Shown here: one piece after another, positions 63,129 to 64,000 of the stretch
How positions within the stretch are numbered: the stretch's first letter is position 1
How the letters are laid out: each line of letters starts with the position of its first letter
From: Squalus acanthias
Lineage: Eukaryota
Assembly: GCA_030390025.1 (NCBI GenBank)
Contig: CM059431.1
Span: 130,202,001 to 130,266,000, forward strand
Length of the DNA: 64,000 nt
Reading direction: 5' to 3'
Translations under genes and position numbers: made by a program
Notes under the pieces: generated by a model
Told to the model about the DNA's origin: nothing
Database searches by the model: none
The model's input: the letters and a program-made list of their open reading frames with translations, nothing else

Positions 63129-64000
63129 TCGCAGAGGAAAGAGCAAGATGCAGAAGAATAAGATGCAGAAGAGGAAGAAGCATAAGAGGAGAAAGCAGAA
63201 GGAAGGATGCAACCCAGACAGCCCCTTTCTGGCCGGGATATCCGGTATAAAACAGCCGCCTGCGGTACCAGTGATCACAACTCCAATTCCCCTTTCAACA
63301 TTAGCCCCACATCTTACCTTCCCTCTGTTACTGACCATCACAGCGTCCTCTTGGCCACAATGCTGAAATAAAAGCCACCACAAAGCAAACTTTCGAATCC
63401 AACTTTAAACATCTATCCATCCAATATGACATCAAGAAATCAACTCATCACCCTTATGCATTCCCTTAGTGACTGTCTTGTGTGTGCCTTTGCCTGTCCG
63501 TCTGATGTCATGCAGTGGCTGCAGCATGGCTGGTGGAAGGCTGCTGACTTTCAGTGGGGGACACTGCAAATGGCCTTGCTGGTCGACCTTGAGGAGCTGG
63601 TGGCTGGGAGTGTGAAATCGAGTGACAGTGTTTTTTTTCCACTCTCCTCTCCCTCTTCTTGGTCAACCACTGTCTGGGCAGGCTGCATGGGTGTGTGAAA
63701 TGAGGAAGGCGCAAGGGTGGAGTTGTGGTGAGGGGAGGGCAGGAAAGCAAGAGGTGCATCCAAGAAGGAGGATAACGTATGAGGATACCAGCATCTTGTA
63801 TCCTTTAAGCCCTGCCGCTGGCCAAGGGCTCAGCCATGCCCCTGCCAAGAATGGCCAGCACCGTCTCCTCCAAGGGTGAGGTGAAGCTAGGAATTGGAGG
63901 TGTGCCTCGTGTTTGGTACAGATTGTTCGTAGGTAAGTGATGGGGTGTGGGGGCAGGAGTCATGCATTGAGAAGTGTGTGAGGCTAGTGGTGCAGTTGGT

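Larger units (their letters stand above)
62222..64000. mobile_element. Degenerate Harbinger element with nested inserts; Myb-gene remnant on the minus strand, running off the window
   Basis: Begins ggcctggaaatt, like the other Harbinger TIRs. Region 63420-64000 resembles 11653-12150 and 17030-17200. Confidence 0.6.

Noticed and set aside
32305..64000. Next GPC5 exon (expected to resemble YTQRVVGNG...NPEV)
   Set aside because: I did not find it by eye. It probably lies beyond the window, as exon 3 does on the left.

Overview
This is eukaryotic, vertebrate DNA, most likely from a shark or other cartilaginous fish (inferred from the repeat families: CR1/HER1-type LINEs, an HE1-like V-SINE, a Deu-domain SINE and Penelope termini). 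The window is intronic sequence of a glypican-5 (GPC5) orthologue on the + strand. Two coding exons that the ORF track misses lie at 24034-24167 (134 nt) and 32179-32304 (126 nt) and splice in frame. Most of the rest is nested mobile DNA: about 13 CR1 LINE pieces, L2 LINEs, an RTE LINE with an inverted 5' segment, SINEs, a near-complete two-gene PIF/Harbinger transposon with several non-autonomous relatives, Penelope-like elements carrying minimal hammerhead ribozyme motifs, two solo LTRs, and an LTR followed by a tRNA-Arg primer-binding site. I see no prokaryotic system or CRISPR array. The best leads are the hammerhead-bearing and palindromic Penelope termini, the Harbinger Myb protein with an AT-hook, two CR1 copies sharing a nonsense codon, and an inverted CR1 pair bracketing the GPC5 exons. 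All calls were made by eye; repeat boundaries are approximate unless a TSD or TIR is quoted, and family names are from memory rather than database searches.
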